The notes beneath the pieces were generated by a model that saw nothing but the letters and a program-made list of their open reading frames with translations, had not been told where the DNA came from and ran no database searches. DNA of 64,000 nucleotides, taken from positions 3,968,001 to 4,032,000 of the forward strand of contig CM030333.1 of assembly GCA_017654855.1 (NCBI GenBank). Reading direction: 5' to 3'. The DNA comes from Podospora anserina (taxonomy: Eukaryota). Of the stretch, positions 12,671-25,813 are shown piece by piece (position 1 is the stretch's first letter; every line of letters starts with the position of its first letter). Made by a program: the position numbers and the translations under genes.

Positions 12671-14033
12671 TTAGAAGGGGATGTTGACCGGGGCAGCCTG
12701 GGAGGCGGCCATCATCTCCTGCTCGTCCATCTCAGGGGCAGCCTCGATGGCAATCGCAACGCCCACCTTCGCTTGTTGCTGTTGACAAAGTTAGTGAAAC
12801 GTTCGCGATTTGTTATGGTACAATTACGTACCGTCATGTGGTCAACGTCAGCAGAGAAGGTCATCATGAGAGGAGCCATGACGCGCTTCTCGAGCACACA
12901 GCCAAGTCTGCCCTTCGAGTCGATCTGCGCCCGGAAAGTCGACATTCTGAAGTCGTACTTGGCTCCGAAAGCAGTAACGCCCTCCTTCTGGAGACCGCCA
13001 CCCAACATGGGGTTAGCAGGAGCAACACTAAGCGACATATCGACACCAGCCTGAACCTTGTCAGAGAGGCGGCGCCAGTACGAGGTATTCAGAGCACCCT
13101 GGGCCTGCAACTGAGCGCTGGCGATCCAGTCCTCGGCCTTGTAACGGGCAACATAACTGACGGCCGTTACCGGAGGTTCGAGTCTCGACTGACGTTGCCA
13201 AACAGCTTCGAGGCCGACGGCAAGTTTGGGAGTGAGCGACTGCATGTAATGACCGATAAGGATACCGCTCAAACCGCCCTCGAGGACGGAGGGGTTGAGG
13301 GCCTTGAGTGAGGCCACAAAGTCGGCACCATTGTATTCGTGCTCGAGCTGGATGGAATCACCCTGTCCGGTGCCGACCTGGAACTGCGACTTGCTGACGT
13401 GTGTCGAGTCGGGGCCCCATCTCCAGTTGAATCGTCCAGAAAGAGCGCCAGTCTCATCAATGCTGCCCTGGGCGAAACACTATCCACCACATATTAGAAA
13501 TGCCAGAAGTAATAGTCCCGCCAAGTCACATACCCGGTTGGTTCCGTAAAGAGCTGCAAATGTATAGGGGTTCAGACGCTCGCCCAGCGCAAACTGATGT
13601 GATACTTGAAACCTTGAGATTGCCAGTTAGGATCATGTCTTGTAACTTCGGCCGCCAGCAACCATATCCATCGGCGCATCGCGGTGACGCTGGTACATGT
13701 TGAAATCATGGTTGCCGTTGTATAGAAGGAAACGTACAGAGGGCTCAGGCTGAAAGGCTTTGTGAGCTCGGCGCGAAGGCCGGAGAACATGTGCTGCTGG
13801 GCAAGAACATCTCGGTTGACCTCTGCAAGTTGGACACAGTCAGCGCCACTTCCCAATGCCAACGTCTTTTTCTTTTAGAGTCACATACCCTTGGAGATGT
13901 CTTCTACCTTTCCGGGATTTGACAAGCCGAGCTTTGCTCTCCTCTCTTGGAAAGCATTGTAAACATCTGAGAGACCGGAGAAGACGGGGTTATTTTGCAA
14001 TGCCGCAAATGGCGAGCTGTAGCTGGACGCCAT
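12671..14033 (-). CDS. TOM40: Mitochondrial import channel Tom40, 5 exons
   Basis: MASSYSSPF...[25 protein letters not shown]...[10 protein letters not shown]...|FQVSHQF...[19 protein letters not shown]...|[13 protein letters not shown]...VNIPF*. Confidence 0.95.
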
Positions 14034-15384
14034 TATGAGAGCAATCGCAGCTTGTGAGGGGCTGGTTTCGGCTGATTCTATATCGGAACGGAAGTTTCCT
14101 CGGCGGGAGGAGAGGCAGTTGGTAGTGAAATCGCCGGGGCTGGTCCGAGGGGTTCTCTCGATGTCGTGGAGTTTGAGCAGCTTGCTGGAGACTCTCGTCT
14201 GGTTTGCTAAGACCTGAGCTTGACGAAGGCAAGAGCCAGGCCAAAAATTTCGCGGTGCAGCAGGCTTGCCCAGTTTGTTGGCCCTTGCGCTGCATTTTTT
14301 GGTGGGGCTTGCTCCATGTTTGTTAGTGGTCGCCAAGGAACGAGCAAAACTCGCAGCACCCAAATCCAGGTGACGACACCGAACCGCCCGCCACGGCCGG
14401 GTCCGGAGAAAGTCACGACCGAATTCTGTACGAAAAACTCCGTACATAGAGAAGTATCCAGGTACTACACTAAGTAGGTAGGAGCAAGTCTCTTGCCTAG
14501 CATAGCACCCGATAAGATGCGATAAAGAAAGCCATTGAAACATCAAAACTATATGTCACATATGCCTCTTCCAGACGGCAAGACTGGAGACTTGAAATTC
14601 TATCCGAGTGAGGTGTAGCTGTGTGTTGAATGTCTTATAGTTGCAGTATATTTAACTCATGATCTTTGACGTGCCACAGTGGCCGTTCCCTTGTTTGACG
14701 GGAGGGTTGATCACTAACAGTGTAAGGTAGGCACATAGGTAATGCGCAGTGGCGCCTCACCCTTGGCCCGTTCCCTCCAGCGGAAGCCCGGATTCTTCCA
14801 CCTTCGATCTTAATAGCGCCCCGTGGGAGCCTCTTGCACTTGCTTCACGTCGGTCGTCTCTAAGCGGATAGCAGCGTCGCATTCGCCGCCCTTACACTAC
14901 ACGCTTCCATTTGCTCACGGCTTCTGATTTTGTTTCATCCGCTTGTCGTTCATCTTGTCCCCCATTCTCCATCCCGTTAACCTCCACGCTGAAAGTGGAG
15001 TCCCCATACCAGGCCCAAGTCCCACGAACTTCGCTCCTCATCTGAGATTTGCCCGCCAATGCTTATCTGTGGCCCATAAGTCGCCTGTTACATCATTCGG
15101 TATAAAGAGGCGACGCCGAATCCGAGCTTTGGGAAGCCCTCTTCTTCATCCACAGCTGGTGTGACAAACATATTCATCCACACACGGCCCCTCGTCGAGT
15201 TAGACGTCTTTCTTGGCAAAATCCATCTCGACCTACGACCTACCTGACTTGGCAAGGTTGAAGATAAAAGAGGGGCATCACCAGTTGCAGAGATCACTTC
15301 GTAATCCGAGGCGCAGAATATTACCCTCTCCCGTGTACATCCTACTGGACGCTCGCAAAACGCGGACAATCTTGAACGGTCACC

Positions 15385-17444
15385 ATGGATACACTCCTGT
15401 AAGTCAATGGTGGAGACTCCTAGACAGCACAGCTCCGTCGAGCCTCGATCAATGAAGGGCATCAGGGACAGCATTGCTAATGATGATAGAACTGCCGAAA
15501 TCGCGGCCAATGCCCCACGCTACCGCCGCAAGAGTTCAACTTTCATCGATGGCATTCACGATGTCCCAAGCGAGGTGGGCAATTTGGCCCCAGCCCAGTT
15601 GTACAGCACCATGTCTGGTCGTCTCTTCCATTCGGGGAGAATCGCCATCGTAATGGTTGGCCTTCCAGCTAGAGGAAAGACGTATGTTCCCTCGGTGAAA
15701 CCACATGCACCGTTTCGTGGCTGACAAGCAGTATATCAGTCACATCTGTGTCTCCATGGCACGCTATCTCTCTTGGTATGTTCCCCTTCTATGTGGCAGG
15801 ACGCAATGTGAAACTAACATACCCATAGGCTTGGTGTCAAGACTCGCATATTCCACCTTGGTGACTACCGCCGAGCTACGGTTGGCCAAGGAGGCCATGT
15901 TCCACAGGACTATTTCTACCCCAATGCCTCGCCAGCGTCTGTCATGCTTCGCCAGAAAATCCTCAAGAAATGCAGGGAGGATATTTACGGCTGGCTGAAC
16001 CATGAAAATGGCCAGGTTGCGATTTATGACGCCGTGAATCCCACCGCAAGCGGCCGTCGTGCCCTTGCCAAAGAATTTGCCAAGCATGATGTTCAGACAC
16101 TGTTTATCGAGTCTTTTGTGGATGATCAAGAGATCCTCAAAGAAAACGCCCGAAATGTCAAGATTTCGTCTCCCGATGTAAGTACAAAAAACAATGGTAG
16201 CTGCGCCTTGCGAGCAGACGGAAATGCTCACAGTGTGCAGTTCCACGGCATGGACCCAGATGAGGCCGCCAAACGCTATCTCAAACGCATCGAGACGAAG
16301 ATTCCCGTATTCGAAACCATGGCAGAGGAAGAGCTCAACTACGTCAAGATGATCAACGCTGGCCAGGCCTTCTTTTACAACAACGTCAGCTTCAACTACC
16401 TCTCGCACCGCATCGTCTTCTATCTCACCAACCTCCACATCAAACACCGTACCACCTTCTTTGTCCGTGCAGGTACCGCTACTGAGGAGGATTCTTACAA
16501 GGCCGATGCGCCGCTCTCCGCCGAGGGCGAGGCGTATGCTCAAGTTATGGCCGAGACGCTTATGCGGCATCGAGAGCAAGAGCGACAGGCGATTATCGAT
16601 CAGGGCGGCCCTGATGTTCCTCTACGTCCGCTCACGATTTGGACGTCGACCAGGCTGCGGACAATTCAGACAGCCGAGCCTCTTGAGAAGTTGGGGTACA
16701 AAGTTCGACACAGAAGCCAAATGTCACAAATTAACCCGGGAGTGTGTGAGAAGCTTTCGGAGAGGGCGATCAGAAATTTGTATCCTGAAGAGGTGGAGAA
16801 GCACGAGTTGGATCCGTATCATCATCGGTATCCCCGCGCTGAGGTATGTTTTCTTTTTCTTTTTCTTTTCTTGATTATTTATATTGTCCCCTAACCCCCT
16901 TTAGTCCTACCACGACCTAGCCGTGCGCCTCGAACCCATCATTCTTGAGCTTGAGCGTGAGCAAAATGATCTTTTGATCATCGCCCACGAGTCGGTCTTG
17001 AGGGTTCTGTACTCTTACCTAATGCACTGCTCTACTCGAGACATTCCCAAGCTTAAGTTCCCCCGAGATGAAATTATCGAGATCATTCCTGCAGCATATC
17101 AGAACGAGGCAAAGCGAATTCACATTCCGGGCCTCGACCCGCGGATGATACCTGGCAGCCCAGAGGATATAAGGATCCCGGTGCCGCCTGGGTTCGATGA
17201 CTTTGGGAAACGGCTTAGTCCGATTAGTATTCCGGCCATGATGATGGGGACTCCGCCTAGTGCCACCGAAGTCACGGTGGGGTTTGCCACGGGGGATAGG
17301 AAGGGGAGCATCAGTGTGAGTAATACTGGTGGACTGAGAAGTGTCAGCGGTAGTTTCAGTGGAGGGGAGAGACCGGTGACGGAGAAGATTGTGAATAACA
17401 CTGCGAAGGAGATGGTGGAGGACAAGGTTGAAGACGAGGATTAA
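15385..17444 (+). CDS. 6-phosphofructo-2-kinase/fructose-2,6-bisphosphatase-like protein (YLR345W-type), multi-exon
   Basis: MDTLL|TAEIAANAPRYRRKSSTFIDG...VMVGLPARGKT...YDAVNPT; C-terminal PGM-like domain ...YHHRYPRAE|SYHDLAVRLEPIILELER...IIAHESVLR. Introns at about 15399-15489, 15682-15738, 15776-15828, 16178-16240 and 16844-16904. Confidence 0.9.
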
Positions 17445-17682
17445 ATGGCCGGAAGAACACTGTTTTGGTGATTTTATTTATTCAGCGGTTACTTGAATAA
17501 TGAGTAGTATGAATATCAAACTGTTAGAATGTTCATGAATTGAACCTGGGCCGCGACATTAACCCTAACCCACGCGGACAAAGGCGATGACGTTACCCCT
17601 CTGCGCCCAATGCAAGCGATTCGGAGGGCAGCTTCCGGCCAGTTTCACCACGAGCCTTCTATCATACTCTTCGATTTCCATT

Positions 17683-18832
17683 ATGGGCGGCAAGACAGCA
17701 GTTGTCACGGGAGCTACCGGCCTGTTGGGGAGGCAGGTGCTTAAGGCTTTTGCAAACAATGACTGGACTGTCAAAGGAACTGGCTTCTCCCGCGCTGATG
17801 GCACTGACATCTTGAAGGTTGACTTGACCAATGCTGATGAGCTGAAGAAGGTCCTCGACGATGTCAAGTACGTATCACACAGCAAACAAAAGAGATGTGA
17901 CTGACTAACAATAACGCAGACCACAAGTGGTGGTTCACTGTACGTCAAGACTAGCATCTCATCTGATTTGATAGCACAGCTCTCAAACTAACCCACATGT
18001 TATCAAAGCCGCTGCCAACAGGTTTCCCGACAAGGTTGACAAAGACCCCGAGGGAACACGAGCTCTCAACGTCGAGGCACCTCGCACACTTGCTCGGCTC
18101 TGCGCAGAGAGAGGCATCTTGTTGACTTACATTTCCACCGACTACGTGTTCCCCGGCAAGCCCGGCGATGCTCCTTATGAGAACAACGCCGAGCCTGCCC
18201 CGACCAACCTGTATGGACAGACCAAGCTCGAGGGCGAGCGGGCAGTCCTCCATGAATTCAAGATGGCCGGAAAGGAAGGTCTGGGAGTGGTGTTACGTGT
18301 ACCCGTCCTCTACGGCTCAGCTAAGAGCAACGCTGAAAGTGCGGTGAATGTCTTGATGGATTCAGTACTCAAAGCTCAGCAGGAGGGTGCCAATATCAAC
18401 ATGGATCATTGGGCTCTCCGCTACCCAACAAACACCGAGGACATTGGCCGGGTGCTCAAAGGTGAGCATTTTCTGAGTTTGCCCCCAACAACCCCGACAA
18501 TTTTTAAGGAACGGGGAGGCTAATGGTCCCTGGTAGACATCGCTGCCAAGTATCTAGAGACCAGTGATCGGAACTCGCTGCCGAGGATTCTCCAATTTTC
18601 GAGCGAGGATAAGTACACCAAGTATGAGATTTGTCAGTTATTTGCAGAGATCAACGGATTGCCCATCGACCGGATCAAGCCCAACACGGAAGGGAACGAC
18701 CCGAATGCAAGTGTCCAGCGGCCTTACGATTGTCACCTCAGTACCAAGGCATTGAAAGACTTGGGCATTGACGTGTCGACCCAGGATTTCGTGGGATGGT
18801 GGAGAAGGGAGTTTAGGGCTTTTAGACACTGA
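17683..18832 (+). CDS. RmlD/dTDP-4-dehydrorhamnose reductase-like (MAT2-beta-like) NAD(P)-binding protein, 4 exons
   Basis: VVTGATGLLGR, 20-nt micro-exon encoding PQVVVHC, AANRFPD, YISTDYVFPG, PTNLYGQTK, RYPTNTEDIGR, QRPYDCHLST, GWWRREFRAFRH*. Confidence 0.88.
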
Positions 18833-19564
18833 TGATTGGGAGGTGTGAGACATGGGGAGACACGCCCGCTGAATCTCGATACTTGGACAGCTGCCCCTTG
18901 GCATGCCAGGCTTGACAGAAACGCGGCGAGCGGGAGGTGTGCTCAGGGGTTGGTATGTGATGGTGTTATGACTTGAGAATCGAGATAGAGCCCTGAGCGA
19001 CCCTTGCTTCCCACCCTTTGCAACCTTCAAGACAGTGATCAGTGAGTGGTTCGGCGAATCCATACTGGATACCGTATAGCGTCATATTGCCGAAGGCCGT
19101 GACGAATGCAAGTTTGCGTGGATTTCCGCGTTTGAAGGAGCCGTGCAAATTCCGCGGAAAGGCAGGCACATGTTTGTACCCGTGAAAAGCTCTGTATATC
19201 GAGATGAAGGGAGAGGTGGTTTGCCTTGTGACTACTTAATCATTTCCGGATCAGATCCCTTCCTTCTCTCTCTTTCTGCTTGGATCTCGTCCCCTAAAAA
19301 CGAAAAGATTGGCTCTGCAGCCTGCACCACCTACATAGCCTGGAGACCCTTCCGATCGATCTCAGGCAACCCGACGACGTGGTTGGCGTCGGCTATCTCC
19401 AGCAGCAGCCCCGGTACCCCTGTGGCAGGACCCCTGAACCGCTGAGTCCCCACTGATCGCGACACCTCGGCCGCCACCGGCCCCCCCGAAACCTGGCAAG
19501 CACAGAGTAACGGACCGCCAAGGATCCACGCCACCTGAGCAGACAGGTGCCAAGGAAGCCGGCC

Positions 19565-22500
19565 ATGGCAGCCACCAACCAGACCAACACCATCCACTTC
19601 TCACCAAGACTCAGAGGCAGCAGACGCCATGCCCTGACAGGCAAGACGGGGAATGTTTGGGCGGCCAGGCTTGCAGTAGACGATGGCTGGCTGCCCGCTA
19701 GCACAACTAGCAGCAGCATGGCAACCGAGAGCAGCACCAGCACCAGCACCAGCACCAGTACCACAAACAGCTGGGGGGTGAGAAGGGGAAGGGGAGGGGG
19801 CAGGAGACGGTCTCGCTCGCTCTCGTCGCTGCTGGAGGAGATGCGGGAGATACTGCCATTAGCTGTTGAGAAGGGACCTGGAAGCAGAGGAACTGCAAGA
19901 CGGACGACTGGAACTGCCTTCAACCCATCGTTCGAGCTCCCGCCTCTTCAGCCTCTCCTGCTGCCGCAGCCCCTGTCGTTGAGAAAGGACGGGGTGAATC
20001 GTGCTCAACCCAGACTCGTCGGTGCCGATGACGTGAATAATAAGTTCAGGCTGGCGGGGCACACGCCGCACGACAACCTTACCGAGAAGCTTGCTTGCTT
20101 GTCCCGCCCATCAGCTGCACCTGCCAGCACCCTCCCAGGCCCGGTTAATGGTAATGGTAATAGTAATAAGAAGATTGATGTCCGGAGCAAACCACTACCG
20201 TCACCACCGTCACCATCGTCCCAACCGTCCCAACAACTTCAACCATCGTCACCTTTGTCAGACATCAACATCAACCAGCAGCAACACCAGCAGCACGAAA
20301 CACGGCGCAGGCACGAGACGCCGCAGTTTGTCCGCGGGGAGCACGAGGTGGCACGGCTGGAAGCCGAAACGAACGGGACCCTTGCCGAACAGCGGAAGTC
20401 AGACTGCGACGTCCAACAGCAGGCGCACCAGCACCTGCAGCTATCCGCGGTACCACCGCTCACGCCCCTTTCAGCAACGTCCCCCATGGGATTCAGTCCG
20501 ATGCTGGACAAGTTTTTTTCCTCCGATCGTCGACGACGCAAGTCCAAGACCTCGCCTCCTACCTCTCCGGATTCCACTCCAACCACCTCACAGAAAACCG
20601 CTTCGCCCATCTCACCCAATTCCTCCCTTTCCCAGTGGTCGTTTTTTTCATCAAAGGACAAGGAGAAAGACATCACCAGCCAAACCGCTGGCAGCCAATC
20701 CCCGGCTCAGAAAATCATGCCTCGACATTACATCAAGGCAGGTGGACAGACGAGCACTGGCGCACGAGATGTAAGTGGGCCAATGTGACATCACACTTCC
20801 GGGGAAGGGTTCACTAACAGGTTTTATGCAGTCGCTCACCATTTTGTGTAAGAACGACTTTGTGGATGTTGCCATTAGTCGCGAAACCACAGCACACGAT
20901 GTACTCGTGGAGCTGAAGTCTCTGGAGCAGTTGGCAGAATTATCGTCTGGTGTCCTGATTGAACAGTACAATGCTTTCGGCCTCGAAAGACCGCTGCGGC
21001 GACAGGAGCGACTGCGCCATGTGATGGACACTTGGGGCCCAGACTCGAAAAACACACTCGCCCTGTCTCATGATGGCCCACCACACGGCTTGAAGCTGGA
21101 TCTCGAAGGTGCGCCCCAGACTCGCGAGGCACCACCGGGCTTTTGCTTGTTCATGTACTATCGGGGCCCAGGTCCGAAATTCAAATGGGTGAAGCGGTAT
21201 ATCATACTGTATGAGGACGGGAGAATGATTGCTTCGAAATCTAGCAACCCAAAACGTGGCGACAAGGACGTTGTGGCTATATGCCATCTCTCAGATTACG
21301 ACATGTACCACCCGACGGAAGCTCAGCTGAGGAGACACCTGAAACCACCAAAAAGAAACGTCATCGCCATGAAGAGCCAGGAGAGAATCAACACGTTTGA
21401 AAACACGGACAAGTATGTGCAGTATGTCTCTGCCGAAGACAAGGAGATTATCAGAAGGTTTCAGAGTCACGTACAGGCCTGGAGGAACTGGCACCTGGCC
21501 AAGAGTCTGCTGAGAGAGCCCGAGCCCGAAAAACCACCACAAATCATGACCGTGGCAGCCGAGCCAAGGAGGACGGTGAAGGAGGTTGGATTAGGAAACG
21601 GGCACAAAACAAGGATATCAGTGGACGAATCGCCTTACACCATTGGAGCGTTTAAACCGCTGATTGATCTCGACCGGTTCAACAAGTCAATCGACGATTT
21701 TGGCAAGGATTGGACGCTGGTTGACGGCGCCGAGAGGAATGATCCATCTGCTGCTGCCGCTTTTCCCGAAAACTCGCTGCTTGGCGCGGCATATGAAGAG
21801 CGAAAGCAGCAGCTGGAGTCCAAGTCGGCAACGGTAGCCGGAACAGCAGGTGCTGGTGGTAGGCGAGCATTTCCCCCCACCCCGGCGGCGGGCGAGAGTG
21901 GTGGGAGCGGTAGTTGTTTTGTCGACCACTCGAGGACTGTTTCAGCTACAGACCGGCGACCGCAAAGCCCAGATTCTGTTCGGTCGATTCCTAGGGACGC
22001 CATTCCTAGTACTAGCACGGCCGCTAGAGGGAGAAACGAGCAAGTTGGTTGGTTTGCTTCTGCGGCGGAGCATTCAAGACAGCAACGCAGTCTTATTGAG
22101 CAGCAGCAACAACAACAGCAGCAGCAGCAGCAGCTATATCATCAGCAGTCGATGCCACATCAGATTTTGATACAACGGCGCCCTAGTACGAGTGCAGGAT
22201 CTCGAATGATGGGCGGTCTTGGACGGTCAGTGTCTCAGCGGAGATCACATGGTAACAGTTTGGGTAGTGGTGGTGGTGTTGGTCATCCGGTACCGCTTCC
22301 TCAACAGCAGCAGTTTAACCAGCCAGCGTCGAACCCACAGCCCCGTCGACCGATGAGGCAGCAGCCTCAACCCCTCCTTGATTTGACCCCCGAATTTCAG
22401 GAGGCGCCGCAGTGGTCGAGGGAGAATAAAGGACGGGCGGTGAAGCCTCAGGATGGGAGACCGTTGGTTGATTTGGCTACCGGGCCGGCGTTGGTTTCGG

Positions 22501-22946
22501 GCGCGGCGAAGATTGAGCAGCCCCCCAAGGCGTTGATTCATCGGAGCGAGCAGCAGGCTTTGATGATGCAGAGACAACAGCAGCAACAGCAGCAGCAGCT
22601 GGGCATGAGGCCTGGGACTAGTGCTGGGCTGCAAAATAGCATGGTATTGGGAAGAAGGGGGACGGTGAGGAGTAGTGGTGGAGGGATAAGGCCGGGAACT
22701 GGTGATACGATGAGGAGTGGAGGCGGCTACCCACCAGGAGGGGACTATGGAAGGCAAAGGGGGATGTCGCTTGCTGGGCAGGGCGGTGGTGGTGGGTTCG
22801 TGGATAATAATGGGCTGGGAACGCAGCCAGATCCGAGAGTGATGCAATATGTTTTGCAGCAACAGAAGGAGTTGCAGAAGCAGCAGCAGGAGGGGACTCG
22901 GATGGGGAGGTTGAGAACCACGAGTGGTGGGAGTCAACCTCAGTAA
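19565..22946 (+). CDS. Large protein with a Ras-association-like + PH module flanked by low-complexity/polyQ regions, 2 exons
   Basis: ORFs 19547-20788 and 20775-22946 join through intron 20771-20830 (gtaagt..ctaac..cag). GLERPLRRQERLRHVMDTW resembles an RA domain and KWVKRYIILYEDG a PH domain. The start codon is uncertain. Confidence 0.7.
22101..22133 (+). repeat. CAG/CAA polyglutamine tract (11 Q) in the RA-PH gene
   Basis: Read directly. Confidence 0.85.
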
Positions 22947-23902
22947 TTTTGGACTTCCAGGTCTACAGGACATACTACAACTACGCATGATACCCATTGG
23001 GATTGATGACACGGGGAACAGATACAGGTCTGTTAACGGACAGGACAGAGGGGGTGGGTGATGTTTTGGTTGATTTTGGGAGTTATTTTAGCTTTGAACA
23101 AGCCGGTCTTTTTGTTTTGTTTTTATTTCTCTGGTTTAATTCGAGAGTTGGGACTTTGTATTAGTCTTTTGCTGGTTATCTCTCTGACTTGGGGTGTTTT
23201 TGGTGGTTATCTACTGATGGGATGTTTTATGTGTTCACACGCGATTACTTCGGTTTTTTTCTTTGATGTTCTGTTGTTGTGTGTCTGTCATGCGTTTATG
23301 AAATTTGGTCTGGGAAAAGCAAAAAAAGTCAAACATAATTTTGTTTAATAGCGGGTGGAAGGGGAGAGGAAAGGAAGAAAGTTATCAAGGTGCAGGTCTG
23401 TCTCTGTGTAGCTCAGAGGTTGTGGGGGGGGTTGAATGAACAACCGGAAAGAGATGTTTTTTGTATTGACCTTGTTTTGTAATTGTTCTGCTGTGCTTTA
23501 TTGTGTGTGTGTTCTTGGTCGTTTGGAGTTTCTTCTTGTTGGGTTATTGTCCTTTCAGAGTTTGGCAGCTTTAAAAGAGGCTATCAAATCCATAGCATGG
23601 CTTCTTGGACATCGTGTAAATGAAACCTGCACATATACAAACATAGAATACATAGAATACATAGACAAGGACTTAGACAATCAACTTCTTACTTCACTGT
23701 TTCAGTTATTGGAGTGTCATCCATGTGTTTATATGATTAGGTTAGGTGTATTGCTTTACTATTCTGATTTATTATTCTTTTTTCATGTCAAGAGTTGCAA
23801 CCCGAGATGGCCTTCTATAGCTATGGGAAGGAAATCCCAACGACGCTCGCTTTTTATTGCAGCCCCCTTCTTATGAAGTCCTCCTCCACAGAAACCCGGC
23901 AT

Positions 23903-25018
23903 TTATTTGCTGCGCTTGTAAATCTTGGCCAAGAAAGCTTCAAACACGCTCTTCTTGAGCCCCTCGGCCTCATCAATCTGGCCGATCCGCTCCCGGATCT
24001 CAGTGACAAACTTCTCCTCATAATCCTGGTAGCGCTGCTCAAGCTTGAGATCGTCATACAGCTTCTTGATGACCGTCTCTTTGGCCTTGTCCTTGCGGCC
24101 GTAGTTCTCCTCGAGGATCTTGCGCTGGTCGGGGGTGACAATGGCAAGAGCCTGGTTTACAAGCCAGGAGCACTTGTTGTCCATGATATCGGTGCCGATC
24201 TTGCCAATGTGCTCGGGAAGTCCAAAGTTGTCGAGGTAGTCGTCCTGGATCTGGAAGTACTCACCCAGAGGGATGAGGATGGACTCGGCCTGCTTGAGGT
24301 TGGCGGGGGTGGCGATGTCGAGGAGGAGCAAAGAGAGAGCGACGGGGAGGTAGAAGGAGTAATAGGCCGTCTTGTAGATGACGATGAAGCGGTACTTCTC
24401 CATGGAGAAGTTGTCGAGGTTGACGACGTCCTCGGGGGCGGTGAGGAGGTCGCAGAGCTGGCCCATCTCGGTCTGGAAGGTGACCTCGTGGAAGAGCTCG
24501 AGGAGGTCGACGTAGCGGGGGTGGTCGCGGAAGTACTTCTTGAGGAGGGTGTAGATGGCCGCCTCGAGCATGAAAGCGTCGTTGATGGCGACCATGCCGA
24601 CGCCCTCGTGGCGGTACCAGCAGGGCTTGCCGCGGCGGGTGATGGACGAGTCCATGATGTCGTCCGAGACGAGGAAGAAGGCCTGGAGGAGCTCGGTCAT
24701 CCAGCCGAGGGTGGCCGACTTGAAGTACTCATCTTCGGTGAGGGGGCGGCCGAGGAGGAGGGAGACGGAGTCGGGGACCGACATGCCGCGGTTGCACTTG
24801 CCGCCGACGGCATTGATCTCGAGGGACTGGGAGGAAAGGCATGTTAGTCTTGTTTACTTCGGCCAGCTTGATACATGGAACGGGAGGCCTACCTTCTTGT
24901 ACCAAGCGAGCTCCTTCTCGGGGAGATTGTACGACTTGGCATGCTCGAGTAGAACCTCCTCGAGCTTGGGGAAGACGGACTCGAATTCCTGGAGGGTGGT
25001 CTTTTGCGGCGCAGCCAT
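23903..25018 (-). CDS. ERG20: Farnesyl pyrophosphate synthase, 2 exons
   Basis: [27 protein letters not shown] (first aspartate-rich motif), FQIQDDYLD (second), terminal KIYKRSK. Intron at about 24828-24892. Confidence 0.96.
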
Positions 25019-25813
25019 CTTGTCTGGGGATCTCTGAAGAGACGAAGTGTTCACCGTCGGTCAGCTTGGGCCGCTATTCGGAAGGTTGGAGAAGATAGGG
25101 GTTCGGGGGAAGCAAGGCAGCGGGAGAGGTGCGGGGGGTGTGTTTCCTTACATATAAATTACAAGCGAAGGGGAAAGGGGCGGGCAGTTGCCGATTTACT
25201 GCCTGTTTGGGTATCACGGGAGAACAATAACAGATGACAAGGCGATTCTACCGATCAGGTACCACAAGTGACAAAGGTGGATATCAACAACTGGGCCGTT
25301 ACGTACTCGGCGGTTTCTCCCCAATTTCACGACCCCTCCTTGCCCCCCTTTGTTGTGGGGAGCTGCGATTATGGCGATAAGAGAACCCTGATGGCTCATT
25401 CGAGCAGGCGGTGAGCTGTTTTGCTGGCTGGCTGTCGTGCTGGCGGCGGGAAGTGGGGCTGGCAGATTTCCAAGGGACCAGGGGACAGGACAGGGGGAAA
25501 TGTCTTGGCGCTGTCTGTCGCGGTGGACCGAAGACAGACGCGTTCCTGTTGGGGGTTTCGTCATTGACAACTGCGCCTTGCTGTCACCCATAGGTTGCGA
25601 CGATATCCACGATTGCATTTTTGGCTTTAGATATTTGGCCGCCGTTATGCTTGATTGACAAACGCCTGGTTAACCGCCGTTTTGGGACCGATATCAAACA
25701 TATCTCCCCTCCCCATTTGGAGCTATTGTTTTGGTACATCCTAGCCAAGACAAGACCATTTAACAACACCCTCGTCACTGGAGGGGTTGCACCACAACCA
25801 CAAAGCAACCACC

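Noticed and set aside
13615-13737. Intronic box C/D snoRNA in the longer TOM40 intron 2 (also ATGATGA in ACAD intron 1)
   Set aside because: No paired RUGAUGA and CUGA boxes with a terminal stem were found.
23795-24847. Long antisense ORFs, for example 350 aa opposite ERG20, 322 aa opposite the secreted protein, and 334 aa opposite AMACR
   Set aside because: These are shadow ORFs produced by strong C/G-ending codon bias on the coding strand; they contain no recognisable motifs.
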